From an uncultured Hyphomicrobium sp. (lineage in GTDB: Bacteria > Pseudomonadota > Alphaproteobacteria > Rhizobiales > Hyphomicrobiaceae), in assembly GCA_964471635.1 (NCBI GenBank), contig CAYYGO010000013.1:10594-74593 (forward strand): a stretch of DNA of 64,000 nucleotides, in the 5' to 3' direction. The notes under the pieces were generated by a model. It ran no database searches. It saw nothing but the letters and a program-made list of their open reading frames with translations, and was not told where the DNA came from. How positions within the stretch are numbered: position 1 is the stretch's first letter; each line of letters starts with the position of its first letter. This document shows positions 1 through 8,455 of the stretch, piece after piece. Both the position numbers and the translations under genes were made by a program.

Positions 1-117
1 ATCGAGATCGACGCCACGGTCGAGCCGATCGGCGCCAAGGGGCCGCATGGCATGGATCACCAGCCGGGGCACGAGTCGCAGCATGATCCGAAGCACGGTG
101 GCGGACACAAGCACTAG
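1..117 (+). CDS. 3' end of an unidentified CDS cut by the window edge, with a periodic His-rich C-terminal tail
   Basis: Frame 1 is open from base 1 to TAG at 115-117 and reads IEIDATVEPIGAKGPHGMDHQPGHESQHDPKHGGGHKH*. There are 7 His in the last 23 residues, mostly spaced H-x3-H. The family cannot be identified from 38 aa. Confidence 0.3.
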   Translation: MEIDATVEPIGAKGPHGMDHQPGHESQHDPKHGGGHKH

Positions 118-393
118 CCGGCGTAGGTCCGGCCCTATTCCCGTGCGGTGGGTCTGGTGTGGCCGCTTTGGATGTTCCGACCGGCGTGCGGCGGCCGCTC
201 ATGTCGGCATATGGTTCGGAATGCGAACTTCGCTGCAATGCAAAACGTTAACGACGGTATTCAGCGCTCTGAAATCGTCGTTCGCTCGTCCTTGACACCC
301 TGCGACAACTCGGACATTTTGCGCTCGCTGCGACGGTGGGCCACGGCACCAAGCCATAGTTAAAAAAAAAGGTCCAAGTCTAGGGACGAAACG

Positions 394-433
394 AACGGGA
401 TGGCGCCTCGGCGCCGTCCCGTTTCCGCTTTGT
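394..433 (+). terminator. Intrinsic-terminator-like hairpin
   Basis: AACGGGATGGCGCC / GGCGCCGTCCCGTT forms a 13-14 bp stem with one G-U pair, followed by TCCGCTTTGTG. It lies about 280 nt after the stop of the truncated upstream CDS. Confidence 0.45.
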
Positions 434-616
434 GAGGACCCCATCCGAGGCTCTCCTCCGCGATCCCTCGAACTTCAAGCTGTCGTCTTGTCACCGCTCT
501 CAACACGCGGTTGAATGGGGGTTCGCGTCGACCGCGACGAAGGGCCGCTGCACCAGCGGTCCCCGCCGCGGTTTGTGCCCTTCGTGTGCCGCTCTTTCCA
601 GGGACCTCGTCAGGCC

Positions 617-1528
617 GTGCAAGACGAGCCGGTCCAGCGTCTGGATTTGAACCTGCTTGCTATCTTCGACATGGTGATGTCGGAGCGTAGCCTGACCAGG
701 GCAGGGAAACGGCTGGGCATGACACAGTCGGCCGTGAGCCACGCCCTGTCCCGCCTGCGCGATGCCGCCGGCGATCCGCTGTTCGAGCGCACCGGCCGCG
801 GCGTTCGGCCCACAGCCCGCGCCGTCGAAATGTCGGGCGAGATCCGGGAGGCGCTCGACAGGCTCCGCGCGACCATGCGCCAGCGTGGCGACGGGTTCTG
901 CTGTCACTCCGCCGAGCGCACGTTCCTGCTCGATATTCCGGCCGGTATCGAGGCGATCCTGGTGCCGGAGATCGCCAGGCGCACCGCGGGAGCCGCCGGT
1001 CTCCGGTTCCGCATCTCGGGCAGCCGCGCGCAAAGCATCATGCACGAGCTGCGCTCCGGCGAGACCTGGCTTGCGCTCGACTACGAGCCGCCTCAGTTGC
1101 CAGGCTACCGTTCCGAGCTGCTCGCCGAGGACACATTCGTCGTCATGGCGCGGCGGGGCAATCCGCTCTACGGGTCCGGCATGCCGCTTGCTGACTTCGA
1201 GGCCATTCCCCAGGTGGCGTTCGCTTTCCGCCGGGAGCTTTCGCCGGTGTCCCAAAGGTACGAGGCCTGCGGCGTTAGGCGAACCATCAAATACTCGCTG
1301 CCCAGTGTCGTTTCGGTCGCGATGCTGGTGGAAGCCACGGACATGATCAGCGTCATGCCGTCCAAGATCGCACGAAGTCTCGCACGGTGCTTCGCGTTGG
1401 AGCTCCACCCCTGCCCGGTCGTGTTCGCGCCGATGCCGATCTACATGGTGTGGCACGACGGCTTCGACCGAGACGAGGGCCATGTCTGGCTCCGCGGCGT
1501 GCTGAAGGATGTGTGCGAGGCTCTGTGA
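617..1528 (+). CDS. LysR-family transcriptional regulator
   Basis: N-terminal HTH signature LDLNLLAIFDMVMSERSLTRAGKRLGMTQSAVSHALSRLRD followed by a substrate-binding-type domain. The ORF is open from 515, but an in-frame GTG at 617 gives the usual roughly 300 aa length. The start is uncertain. Confidence 0.85.
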   Translation: MQDEPVQRLDLNLLAIFDMVMSERSLTRAGKRLGMTQSAVSHALSRLRDAAGDPLFERTGRGVRPTARAVEMSGEIREALDRLRATMRQRGDGFCCHSAERTFLLDIPAGIEAILVPEIARRTAGAAGLRFRISGSRAQSIMHELRSGETWLALDYEPPQLPGYRSELLAEDTFVVMARRGNPLYGSGMPLADFEAIPQVAFAFRRELSPVSQRYEACGVRRTIKYSLPSVVSVAMLVEATDMISVMPSKIARSLARCFALELHPCPVVFAPMPIYMVWHDGFDRDEGHVWLRGVLKDVCEAL

Positions 1529-1578
1529 CGCGGCCCTCCGCATGACGGACCTGACCGAGCCGGGCGTTGCGGGGGCGG

Positions 1579-3684
1579 CTAAATCCGCCCCTCGCCGACC
1601 AGGTCGACGATCAACTTGACCTTGCTCACCGCGTCCGTGATGAGGCCCTTCCGGATCTTGCGGAAGCGGTCAGGCTCGACGCGCGTCGACAACGGAATGC
1701 CCTGCTCGCTGTCGGCCAGCTGCTGGTCAAGCATCGCCCCGAGGATGACCTTGTGGGCGTCGATGACGGTGTCGATGTCCTTCTGTGGAGCGTGCCCCCG
1801 CGACGCCACCTCCGTCAGCCGCTCGGGCGTCGAGCGCAGCCGCGCATCGTGCCGGATCGCCAGCGCGCGGGCGCCACTGAAGATCGGCATCAGACCGCCC
1901 TTCTTCAGATCGACGCGCTTCTGCTCGTCGACACGAAGGCTGCCGAACAGCGTGAACGGCGCCGTCCACTGGCGGGCGCGCTCCTCGAGGAGCTTGACGA
2001 AGTCCGGCGAGCGATGGCCGACCTCGAACGCATAGGACCATACGCTTTCGCCGAGCGCCACGTCGCCGTGAACAGGGATGCTGTCGAAGAAGATGTCGAC
2101 GTTGAGAAGATCCTCCGGCCGCTGCCGCCGGACCCAGCCGCGGATCGTGTCCTGCCAGGCCTCGAGGCTCATGCGCCACTGCGGGTTCTTGGCCATCACG
2201 CCGCCCTTGCAGAGCGGAATGCCGACCTCGTCGAGGATCGCGCACATGATCTCGGCCATCTCGGCGAACCAGGCGTCGGTCGTGCCGCCCGCCTCGCCGT
2301 GCTCGTACACGATCGCATTGTCCTGGTCGGCTGCGAGCAGGCTCTCGCCGCGACCGGCGGATCCGAGTACCAGCACGGCGTAGCGGACGGGCGGCAGGCC
2401 CTTGCCTGCGGCCGACATTTGCGCTTCTGCAAGCTGTGCCGCGCGCCGCGTGAACACCTGGATCTCGGAGCTGATGATGGCCGAGATGGTGCGCGGATCG
2501 ATGTCCTCGTCCTTGAGGTTTTTGGCCATCAGCGGCAGCCGCGCCCAGGCCGCACCGAGCGCCGCGGCGTCCTGCGCGCTCTCGATCTCGTCGCCGAGCA
2601 TGATGGCCGCCGACGCCCGATGGCGGAGCAGGTTGCGCGTCGTCACGGCGCCGACGATGTTGCCCATCGCGTCGCGCACGCCGAGGTGGCGGAACCCGAG
2701 CCGGTCCATACGGCCGATGGCGCGGTAGACGAAGGCCTGCGCGTTGACGGCGTTGAGCGGCTTGCTCATGACCTCCACCGCGCGCATGCCGAGCGCGTCC
2801 CCGCCGCTCTTGTGGATCGCGCGGAGCGCGTCGCCCTGGGTCAGGATGCCGGTCACGCGCTCGCCTTCCTTGATGAAGACCGAGCTGATCTTGCGCGCCA
2901 TCATGGTGTCGATGGCGTCCTTCAGCGAGGCCTCCCCCGGCAGGGTGATCGGTGGGGCACTCATGACCTCGGCGACGCGGTGCCGGTAGGGGAAGCTGTC
3001 GAGCTTCGTCAGCGCCCGCGGGGTCTCGATGCTAATTGGGCCGGCCACGTCCGACATGAGTCCGCCGGCCGCGCGTGCCTCCTGCTCCTGCAATTGCCGC
3101 GTCGCAGCCTCCGCTTCGGCAAGCGTGCGGATGTTGCGTGCGCGCAGCAGCGGCACGAGCGCGGCATAGATGCGCGCGGTCGCTTCCGCGTCGCCCATCG
3201 CCGTGTGCCTGCCGACGATCTCGATGTTGAGCCAGGCAGCCAGCCGCGACAGCTCGTAGTCGGCGAGCGTCGGCGCGGCGAGGCGGGCCAGCTGGCGGAT
3301 ATCGAGCGCGCGCCGTTGACGCCATACCCCGCGCGACAGCTCGACCTCGCGCTTCAGGATGTTGATGTCGAACGCGATGGTGTGTCCGATCAGGATCGAG
3401 CGGCCGAGGTACTGGTCGAAGTCGGGCCAGACGGCGGCGAAGCGGGGCTTGCCTCGCACGTCCGCGTCCGCGAGGCCATGGACCGCGCTGGAGGCCGCCG
3501 GGATCGGCACGCCCGGATCGACGATCTGCTCGAAGCGCTCGCCTCCGGCGATCTTGCCGCCCTTGAGCCGCAGGGCGCCGATCTGGATCAGACGTGCCGT
3601 CCGCGCATCGAGACCGGTCGTCTCGGTATCGAGCACGACGGCATCGAGGCTAACAAGGGGCGTCGAGTGGGTGGCGAAGGACAT
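1579..3684 (-). CDS. Fusion protein: DEDDh 3'-5' exonuclease (DnaQ/epsilon-like) + tandem CBS domains + DUF294-type nucleotidyltransferase
   Basis: Exonuclease motifs are LDTETTGLD (Exo I), GHTIAFDINIL (Exo II) and HTAMGDAEAT (Exo III, H-x4-D). Two CBS-like repeats follow (VAEVMSAPP...GILTQGD and AVEVMSKPL...GAVTTRNLL). The pol-beta-type NTase motif is LGSAGRGESLLAADQDNAIVY, followed by a DUF294_C-like helical tail. Confidence 0.85.
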   Translation of the reverse strand: MSFATHSTPLVSLDAVVLDTETTGLDARTARLIQIGALRLKGGKIAGGERFEQIVDPGVPIPAASSAVHGLADADVRGKPRFAAVWPDFDQYLGRSILIGHTIAFDINILKREVELSRGVWRQRRALDIRQLARLAAPTLADYELSRLAAWLNIEIVGRHTAMGDAEATARIYAALVPLLRARNIRTLAEAEAATRQLQEQEARAAGGLMSDVAGPISIETPRALTKLDSFPYRHRVAEVMSAPPITLPGEASLKDAIDTMMARKISSVFIKEGERVTGILTQGDALRAIHKSGGDALGMRAVEVMSKPLNAVNAQAFVYRAIGRMDRLGFRHLGVRDAMGNIVGAVTTRNLLRHRASAAIMLGDEIESAQDAAALGAAWARLPLMAKNLKDEDIDPRTISAIISSEIQVFTRRAAQLAEAQMSAAGKGLPPVRYAVLVLGSAGRGESLLAADQDNAIVYEHGEAGGTTDAWFAEMAEIMCAILDEVGIPLCKGGVMAKNPQWRMSLEAWQDTIRGWVRRQRPEDLLNVDIFFDSIPVHGDVALGESVWSYAFEVGHRSPDFVKLLEERARQWTAPFTLFGSLRVDEQKRVDLKKGGLMPIFSGARALAIRHDARLRSTPERLTEVASRGHAPQKDIDTVIDAHKVILGAMLDQQLADSEQGIPLSTRVEPDRFRKIRKGLITDAVSKVKLIVDLVGEGRI

Positions 3685-3969
3685 GGTTCTCGCAGTTCTC
3701 GCACAATCGATGAGAGGCGCAGATGACTGCTGGCCTCTGGGTGCCGGCTTCGTGCTCGGGCGCCGGCATGTTGCCCGCGGTCCGGGTCGTGCGGCCGGGC
3801 CGGTTGCGTGGCTGTTCCAGTCTCTTGGCTTGCTCTGTCGCGTGGCCGCGCCGCGACCTCAGGACGCCATCTCGCTCCGATGTTATGAACACCGTACACG
3901 CCACTTTATCCGCTGACTTTTGCGCACCGCACTGCGCCCTTCAAGATGCCGCAAAAAACGCGGAGCTTG

Positions 3970-3983
3970 TTGATCAATATCAA
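3970..3983. promoter_or_regulatory. Perfect FNR/FixK/CRP-family binding-site consensus TTGAT-N4-ATCAA
   Basis: The sequence TTGATCAATATCAA is read directly. It sits in the AT-richer divergent intergenic region between the exonuclease-DUF294 gene and the DUF4212/symporter operon. Confidence 0.55.
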
Positions 3984-4242
3984 TTCTTGAAAAGGCGCAG
4001 CCGCAGCAAATTGCTGCAACGCACGCGTCTGTTTCCCGTGGAATCTCAAAGATTTTTGCTGCACGTGCACAGTCGGGAATGCGTCGAAAGTTTGGCTTTC
4101 CGGACTGCTAACAAGCCACTAACTTGCTAATTTGGGGGAAGAGCCATGTGCCAATTGCATAGCTCGCTATGCGGCGCTCAGCAAACCAGATCAACCCCGG
4201 CCAGCGGCGTCGAAAGGCGCTCACTTGTGGGAGAGACGACCA

Positions 4243-4497
4243 ATGCAACCAAACATCGAGAGGCACTGGTCTAGAACCAGTGGGCTCATGTGGATCATGT
4301 TGATCCTGTGGGCCATTTTCAGCTTCTTCATTCACATGTTCGTGGACACGCTCAATACTATCAAGGTCGCGGGCTTTCCGCTCGGCTTCTACATGGCCTC
4401 GCAAGGCTCACTCATTGCGTTCGTCGTGATGCTGTTCATTTTCGCATCGCGCCAGGACGCCATCGACCGTCAAGAAGGCGTGGCTGAGGAAGATTGA
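4243..4497 (+). CDS. DUF4212 small membrane protein (putative solute symporter small subunit)
   Basis: MQPNIERHWSRTSGLMWIMLILWAIFSFFIHMF...GFPLGFYMASQGSLIAFVVMLFIF has two TM segments and lies immediately upstream of an SSS permease. The ATG at 4243 is preceded by GGGAGAG. The listed ORF start at 4132 is probably too far upstream. Confidence 0.85.
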   Translation: MQPNIERHWSRTSGLMWIMLILWAIFSFFIHMFVDTLNTIKVAGFPLGFYMASQGSLIAFVVMLFIFASRQDAIDRQEGVAEED

Positions 4498-4506
4498 GGA
4501 TCCAAA

Positions 4507-6519
4507 ATGGCAAATCAGGCAAAGGCAGGAAGCAATAGCTTCCTCGACAACCTCGGCAAGATCTACCTGATGTATACGGGTGGCTTCTTCGGGTTCGTCG
4601 CAATTCTTGCAGTTCTCGAGCAGTTGGGCGTGCCCAACAAGTGGATCGGCTACGGCTTCGTGTTCTTGACGATCGCCGTTTACGCCCTCATCGGTGTTCT
4701 GTCGCGCACGTCCGAGGTCGGCGAATACTACGTCGCCGGCCGCACCGTGCCGTCGTTCTACAACGGCATGGCCACGGGCGCCGACTGGATGTCGGGCGCA
4801 TCGTTCGTCGGCATGGCCGGCACGCTGTTCCTGCTCGGCTACGACGGCCTGACCTTCGTGCTCGGCTGGACGGGCGGCTATGTGCTCGTCGCCGTGCTCA
4901 TCGCTCCGTTCCTCAGGAAGTTCGGCGCCTACACGGTTCCCGACTTCTTCTCCGAGCGGTACGGCGGCGGTTTCGCCCGCTTCCTCGCGGTGATCGTGCT
5001 CATCTCGTGCTCGTTCACCTACGTGGTCGCGCAGATCTACGCCACGGGTCTCATCGCCTCCCGCTTCCTCGACATGGACTTCACGATTGCGGTCTATGCG
5101 GGTCTCGTCGGCATCCTGCTCTGCTCGATGCTCGGCGGCATGAAGGCCGTGACGTGGACGCAGGTCGCTCAGTACATCGTGCTGATCGTCGCCTACCTGC
5201 TCCCCGTCGTCATCCTGTCTGCCAAGAAGTTCGGCATTCCGCTGCCGCAGTTCACCTACGGTGCGGCGATCGAGCAGATCACGCAGCTCGAGCAGAGCAT
5301 GATCACGAAGGGCCTCGCCGACGCCAAGTCGTTGAAGCCGCATGTCAAGCCGTTCACGACCTATGATCCGCTGAACTTCTTCGCGCTGATCCTCTGCTTG
5401 ATGGTCGGCACGGCGTCGCTTCCCCACATCCTGATGCGCTACTTCACGACGCCGACCATTCGTGAAGCCCGCTCGTCGGTGGCGTGGTCGCTGTTCTTCA
5501 TCTTCCTGCTCTACTTCACGGCGCCTGCTTACGCCGCGTTCTCGAAGCTCGAGGTGTTCAGCCTCATCGAGAAGGGCACGAAGCTGACCGACCTGCCGGT
5601 CTGGATGTTCACCTACGGCAAGATCGGCCTCGTCAAGGTCTGCGGCGTGGACGTCAAGGCGGTCCAGGACGTGATTGCGGCTTGCGGCAAGATCGCCAAC
5701 CATCCCGGCCTGCTGCGCTGGCAGGATCTCAACATCAACACCGACGTGATCGTGCTCTCGACGCCCGAGATCGCCGGTATGCCGTACGTCATCGCCGGCC
5801 TCGTCGCCGCCGGTGGCCTCGCGGCTGCGCTCTCGACGGCGGACGGACTTCTGCTTGCCATCGCCAACGCGCTGTCGCACGACATCTATTACAAGATGAT
5901 CAACCCGAACGCGCCGACGGCGACCCGTCTCATCGTCTCGCGCATCCTGCTGCTCGTCGTGGCTGTCGCAGCCGCCTACACAGCGTCGACAAAACCAGCG
6001 GACATCCTGTCGATGGTGGCCTGGGCGTTCTCGCTGGCGGCGGCGGGTATCTTCCCGGCGCTGGTGCTGGGCGTCTGGTGGAAGCGGGCGAACACGCCGG
6101 GCGCGGTGCTCGGCATGATCCTCGGATTTGCCACCTGCGCCTACTATCTGGTCGGCACGCGCTACTTCGCGGTCTCGTTCCACGAGATGTGGAGCTGGCT
6201 CGGCACGGCGTCTCCGGCGGCAGCGGCCAAGTTCACGGAGCTCAAGGCGGCCTGGGTCGCTGCGGCACCGGGTGCTGCCAAGGACGCGGCCTATCTGGCG
6301 CTCGACAAGCACGCTCAGACGATCGCGAGCTGGTGGGGCGTTCGCAACATCTCCGCGGCCCTGTTCGGCCTGCCGGTCGGCTTCCTGACGATCTTCATCG
6401 TCTCGCTGCTGACGCCGGCTCCGTCGAAGGCGGTCCAGGACATGGTCGACGCAACCCGCCAGCCGGCCGGCGACCTGATCATGAAGGACAAGGCGTCCGG
6501 CATGGCTGGCGGCCACTAA
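4507..6519 (+). CDS. Sodium:solute symporter family permease (cation/acetate symporter ActP-like, DUF4212-associated subfamily)
   Basis: 670 aa polytopic protein with EYYVAGRTVPSFYNGMATGADWMSGASFVGMAG and other SSF-type segments. It starts 9 nt after the DUF4212 stop. Confidence 0.9.
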   Translation: MANQAKAGSNSFLDNLGKIYLMYTGGFFGFVAILAVLEQLGVPNKWIGYGFVFLTIAVYALIGVLSRTSEVGEYYVAGRTVPSFYNGMATGADWMSGASFVGMAGTLFLLGYDGLTFVLGWTGGYVLVAVLIAPFLRKFGAYTVPDFFSERYGGGFARFLAVIVLISCSFTYVVAQIYATGLIASRFLDMDFTIAVYAGLVGILLCSMLGGMKAVTWTQVAQYIVLIVAYLLPVVILSAKKFGIPLPQFTYGAAIEQITQLEQSMITKGLADAKSLKPHVKPFTTYDPLNFFALILCLMVGTASLPHILMRYFTTPTIREARSSVAWSLFFIFLLYFTAPAYAAFSKLEVFSLIEKGTKLTDLPVWMFTYGKIGLVKVCGVDVKAVQDVIAACGKIANHPGLLRWQDLNINTDVIVLSTPEIAGMPYVIAGLVAAGGLAAALSTADGLLLAIANALSHDIYYKMINPNAPTATRLIVSRILLLVVAVAAAYTASTKPADILSMVAWAFSLAAAGIFPALVLGVWWKRANTPGAVLGMILGFATCAYYLVGTRYFAVSFHEMWSWLGTASPAAAAKFTELKAAWVAAAPGAAKDAAYLALDKHAQTIASWWGVRNISAALFGLPVGFLTIFIVSLLTPAPSKAVQDMVDATRQPAGDLIMKDKASGMAGGH

Positions 6520-6553
6520 GGCCGGCGGTTTCTGCCTGAGGTCGAAGATTGAG

Positions 6554-6587
6554 GAGGGCGGGGCCTTGCGTCCCGCCCTCTTTCTCT
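6554..6587 (+). terminator. Intrinsic terminator after the symporter gene
   Basis: GAGGGCGGG-(9 nt loop)-CCCGCCCTC followed by TTTCTCT, 35 nt after the stop at 6519. Confidence 0.55.
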
Positions 6588-6599
6588 GAGGCAAGTGTC

Positions 6600-6723
6600 C
6601 CCTCTCCCCACTCCTTCAGTGGGGAGAGGGTTAGGGTGAGGGGTGGCGGCCCCGCGGTCGGAGCAAGTGGTCGCCCCTCACCCCGACCCTCTCCCCATGC
6701 GAGTGCCGAGTATGGGGAGAGGG
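6600..6723. repeat. REP-like composite of three G/C-rich hairpins built on GGGGAGAGGG / GGGTGAGGGG motifs
   Basis: IR1 is CCTCTCCCCAC..GTGGGGAGAGG (6601-6629). IR2 is GGGTGAGGGG..CCCCTCACCC (6634-6683). IR3 is CCCTCTCCCCA..TGGGGAGAGGG (6687-6723). This motif type is a common intergenic repeat in proteobacteria. Confidence 0.7.
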
Positions 6724-6731
6724 AGAATCGC

Positions 6732-7046
6732 GTGACCGCATCCGACAGCTTTCTGCAGTACTGGTGGTTTCATCTGCCGAACCTGCTTCTGGCCGCGATG
6801 ATCTACACCCTGATCGGGCGCTACCTGCTCGAGCTCGTGTTTGCGCGCCGCAACCAGGACGCCGTGATCCTCAAGGTGTTCCGCACCGTCACCGACCCGG
6901 TCGTCGGCCTGGTGCGGTTCATAACGCCGGCGGTCGTGCCGGATGGCGTGGTGGTCGTGTTCTCGGTCTTGTGGCTGTTCGCGCTGAGGATGTTCTGGTT
7001 CCTCACCGCCGTCGCCATGGGCATGCGGATCGGCGGAGGAGCTTGA
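6732..7046 (+). CDS. YggT-family small membrane protein
   Basis: LPNLLLAAMIYTLIGRYLLELVF...VFRTVTDPVVGLVRFITP matches the YGGT pattern (TxP..P.R..iP). An in-frame GTG at 6732 is preceded by GGGAGA. The upstream part of ORF 6549-7046 runs through the REP element and is probably not coding. Confidence 0.6.
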   Translation: MTASDSFLQYWWFHLPNLLLAAMIYTLIGRYLLELVFARRNQDAVILKVFRTVTDPVVGLVRFITPAVVPDGVVVVFSVLWLFALRMFWFLTAVAMGMRIGGGA

Positions 7047-7049
7047 GCC

Positions 7050-7406
7050 ATGCAGCATGACATGAACAACCGCGAGCAGGTGATGAAGCGCGACGTGCTC
7101 CTCGTCGCAACGGCGGGGCTGTCGCTGGTCAACGGCATGCACTTCTCGCCTTGGTTCGATCCCGTGGCGATCCTCATGAAGCCGTTCATTGCCGGGACGT
7201 TCTTCGCAACGCCGCTGGTCTTCCTCTACATCGTGTCGATCTTCGTCTCCGCCATGACGCTGCTGATCGCCGGTGTCCCCGCCGCTCTCTATGAGCGCTT
7301 CCGGGGCCTCACGGAGACCGACCCGAACGCGCTCTACATCTGGTTCGTCTGCGTGTTGCTGCTCTCGACGCAAGCCCTCCTCGCAGCCTCTGGAGCCGGC
7401 GGCTGA
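7050..7406 (+). CDS. Hypothetical membrane protein (about 3 TM segments)
   Basis: The ATG lies 3 nt after the preceding stop. Hydrophobic segments include LLVATAGLSLV, FIAGTFFATPLVFLYIVSIFVSAMTLLIAGV and LYIWFVCVLLLS. No family was recognised. Confidence 0.55.
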   Translation: MQHDMNNREQVMKRDVLLVATAGLSLVNGMHFSPWFDPVAILMKPFIAGTFFATPLVFLYIVSIFVSAMTLLIAGVPAALYERFRGLTETDPNALYIWFVCVLLLSTQALLAASGAGG

Positions 7407-7537
7407 GGTGCAGCCGGCCCGTGCCGCGTCCGCTCGCTGGACCGCAGCCCGAGGCTTGCGCCGCGCCGGCCGCTGAGCCAAAATTTCCACCCATCTAGGC
7501 CGCGAGAGGTCGGAGCGACCACAAGGGAGGTCATCGC

Positions 7538-7921
7538 GTGCTGCAGCGAATCGAGGATCTGGCCCATCTCAGTGTTGGACGGGCATGCGGCTTTGCCGCT
7601 TTGGCGATCCTCACATTTGTCGTCGGACTGTCGGACAACATGGAGCTTGCGCTCCGCTCGGGCGGCTTCTTGACCATGCTGGTCTGCCTCGTCCTGGTGC
7701 TCTATGCGCGCAGCGCCGAGCGCACGCCCTACAAGCACACCGAGCTCTGGCTCATGCTCCCGAAGGGTCAGCGGCCGACGGCGGCAGTGGCGCAGCAGAT
7801 CATCTCGCGCTCGCTGCGGCAGGCGTACGTTTATTTTGCACTGCACGCCGCCGTGCTGTCGGTGGGGATGCTTGCCTTGTCGGTGCTGGTGGGTCTGCTG
7901 CCACCGGGCCGCAACGGCTGA
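7538..7921 (+). CDS. Hypothetical membrane protein
   Basis: The GTG start is preceded by GGGAGG. It has three or four hydrophobic helices (FAALAILTFVVGL, FLTMLVCLVLVLY, ALHAAVLSVGMLALSVLVGLL). No family was recognised. Confidence 0.5.
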   Translation: MLQRIEDLAHLSVGRACGFAALAILTFVVGLSDNMELALRSGGFLTMLVCLVLVLYARSAERTPYKHTELWLMLPKGQRPTAAVAQQIISRSLRQAYVYFALHAAVLSVGMLALSVLVGLLPPGRNG

Positions 7922-8455
7922 TCCTCCCACGCCTCCGGATCGCACGGCGGCGGCGGCGGCAGATGCGCGGATCATCCCCCAGTACGTCCCACATCTACCC
8001 TGGCGCAGCGTGTGTTCAACGTCAGTCTCGAACTGACCAAACGCAGTCGTCGCGTGAGCAGTCGGTGCTGCTGGTCACAGCGTCGAGTATTCCGCCATGG
8101 CCCCACGAGCGGCGGGGATCGTGATTTTGTGATGCATTCTGGGCGGTTGCAGTCGCCGCGTCCGTGATTCGCGCGGAGGTGCCCTTGTTTAAACTTGCGC
8201 TGGCGCCCGGATATTCAAAAGTATTCTTGGATTTTCAGAATAGCTGCATAAGCGACAAGCTCATCTCAAGAAGCGCAGCCTGCGAACTATTCATGGTTAA
8301 CCAAATTGGTCAAAAGCCGGGGACATAATGACATCTTTATGTAGCTGTCTCGGTCGCGACGTGCTTGTGCGCCGCAACGTAACGAACGGGTTCTGCACCC
8401 AAAAGCAGGTGCAGCGAGGGTGCCCGGTTCGAGGCCACGTTTGGGGAGTCGGAGA

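Noticed and set aside
4035-4065. Possible sigma-54 promoter (TGG...TTGCT) upstream of the DUF4212 operon.
   Set aside because: The GG and GC elements are 16 nt apart instead of the required 10, so it does not fit the -24/-12 geometry.
4408-6594. 728-aa minus-strand ORF, and similar very long ORFs at 27427-29637 (-), 32187-33968 (-), 55226-58177 (-) and 42954-44348 (-).
   Set aside because: They lie antisense to, or out of frame with, genes that have unmistakable family signatures (SSS permease, MdtA/B/C, SucA, SdhA). Their translations are Arg/Gly/Asp/His-rich low-complexity strings, typical of stop-codon-poor GC-rich DNA.
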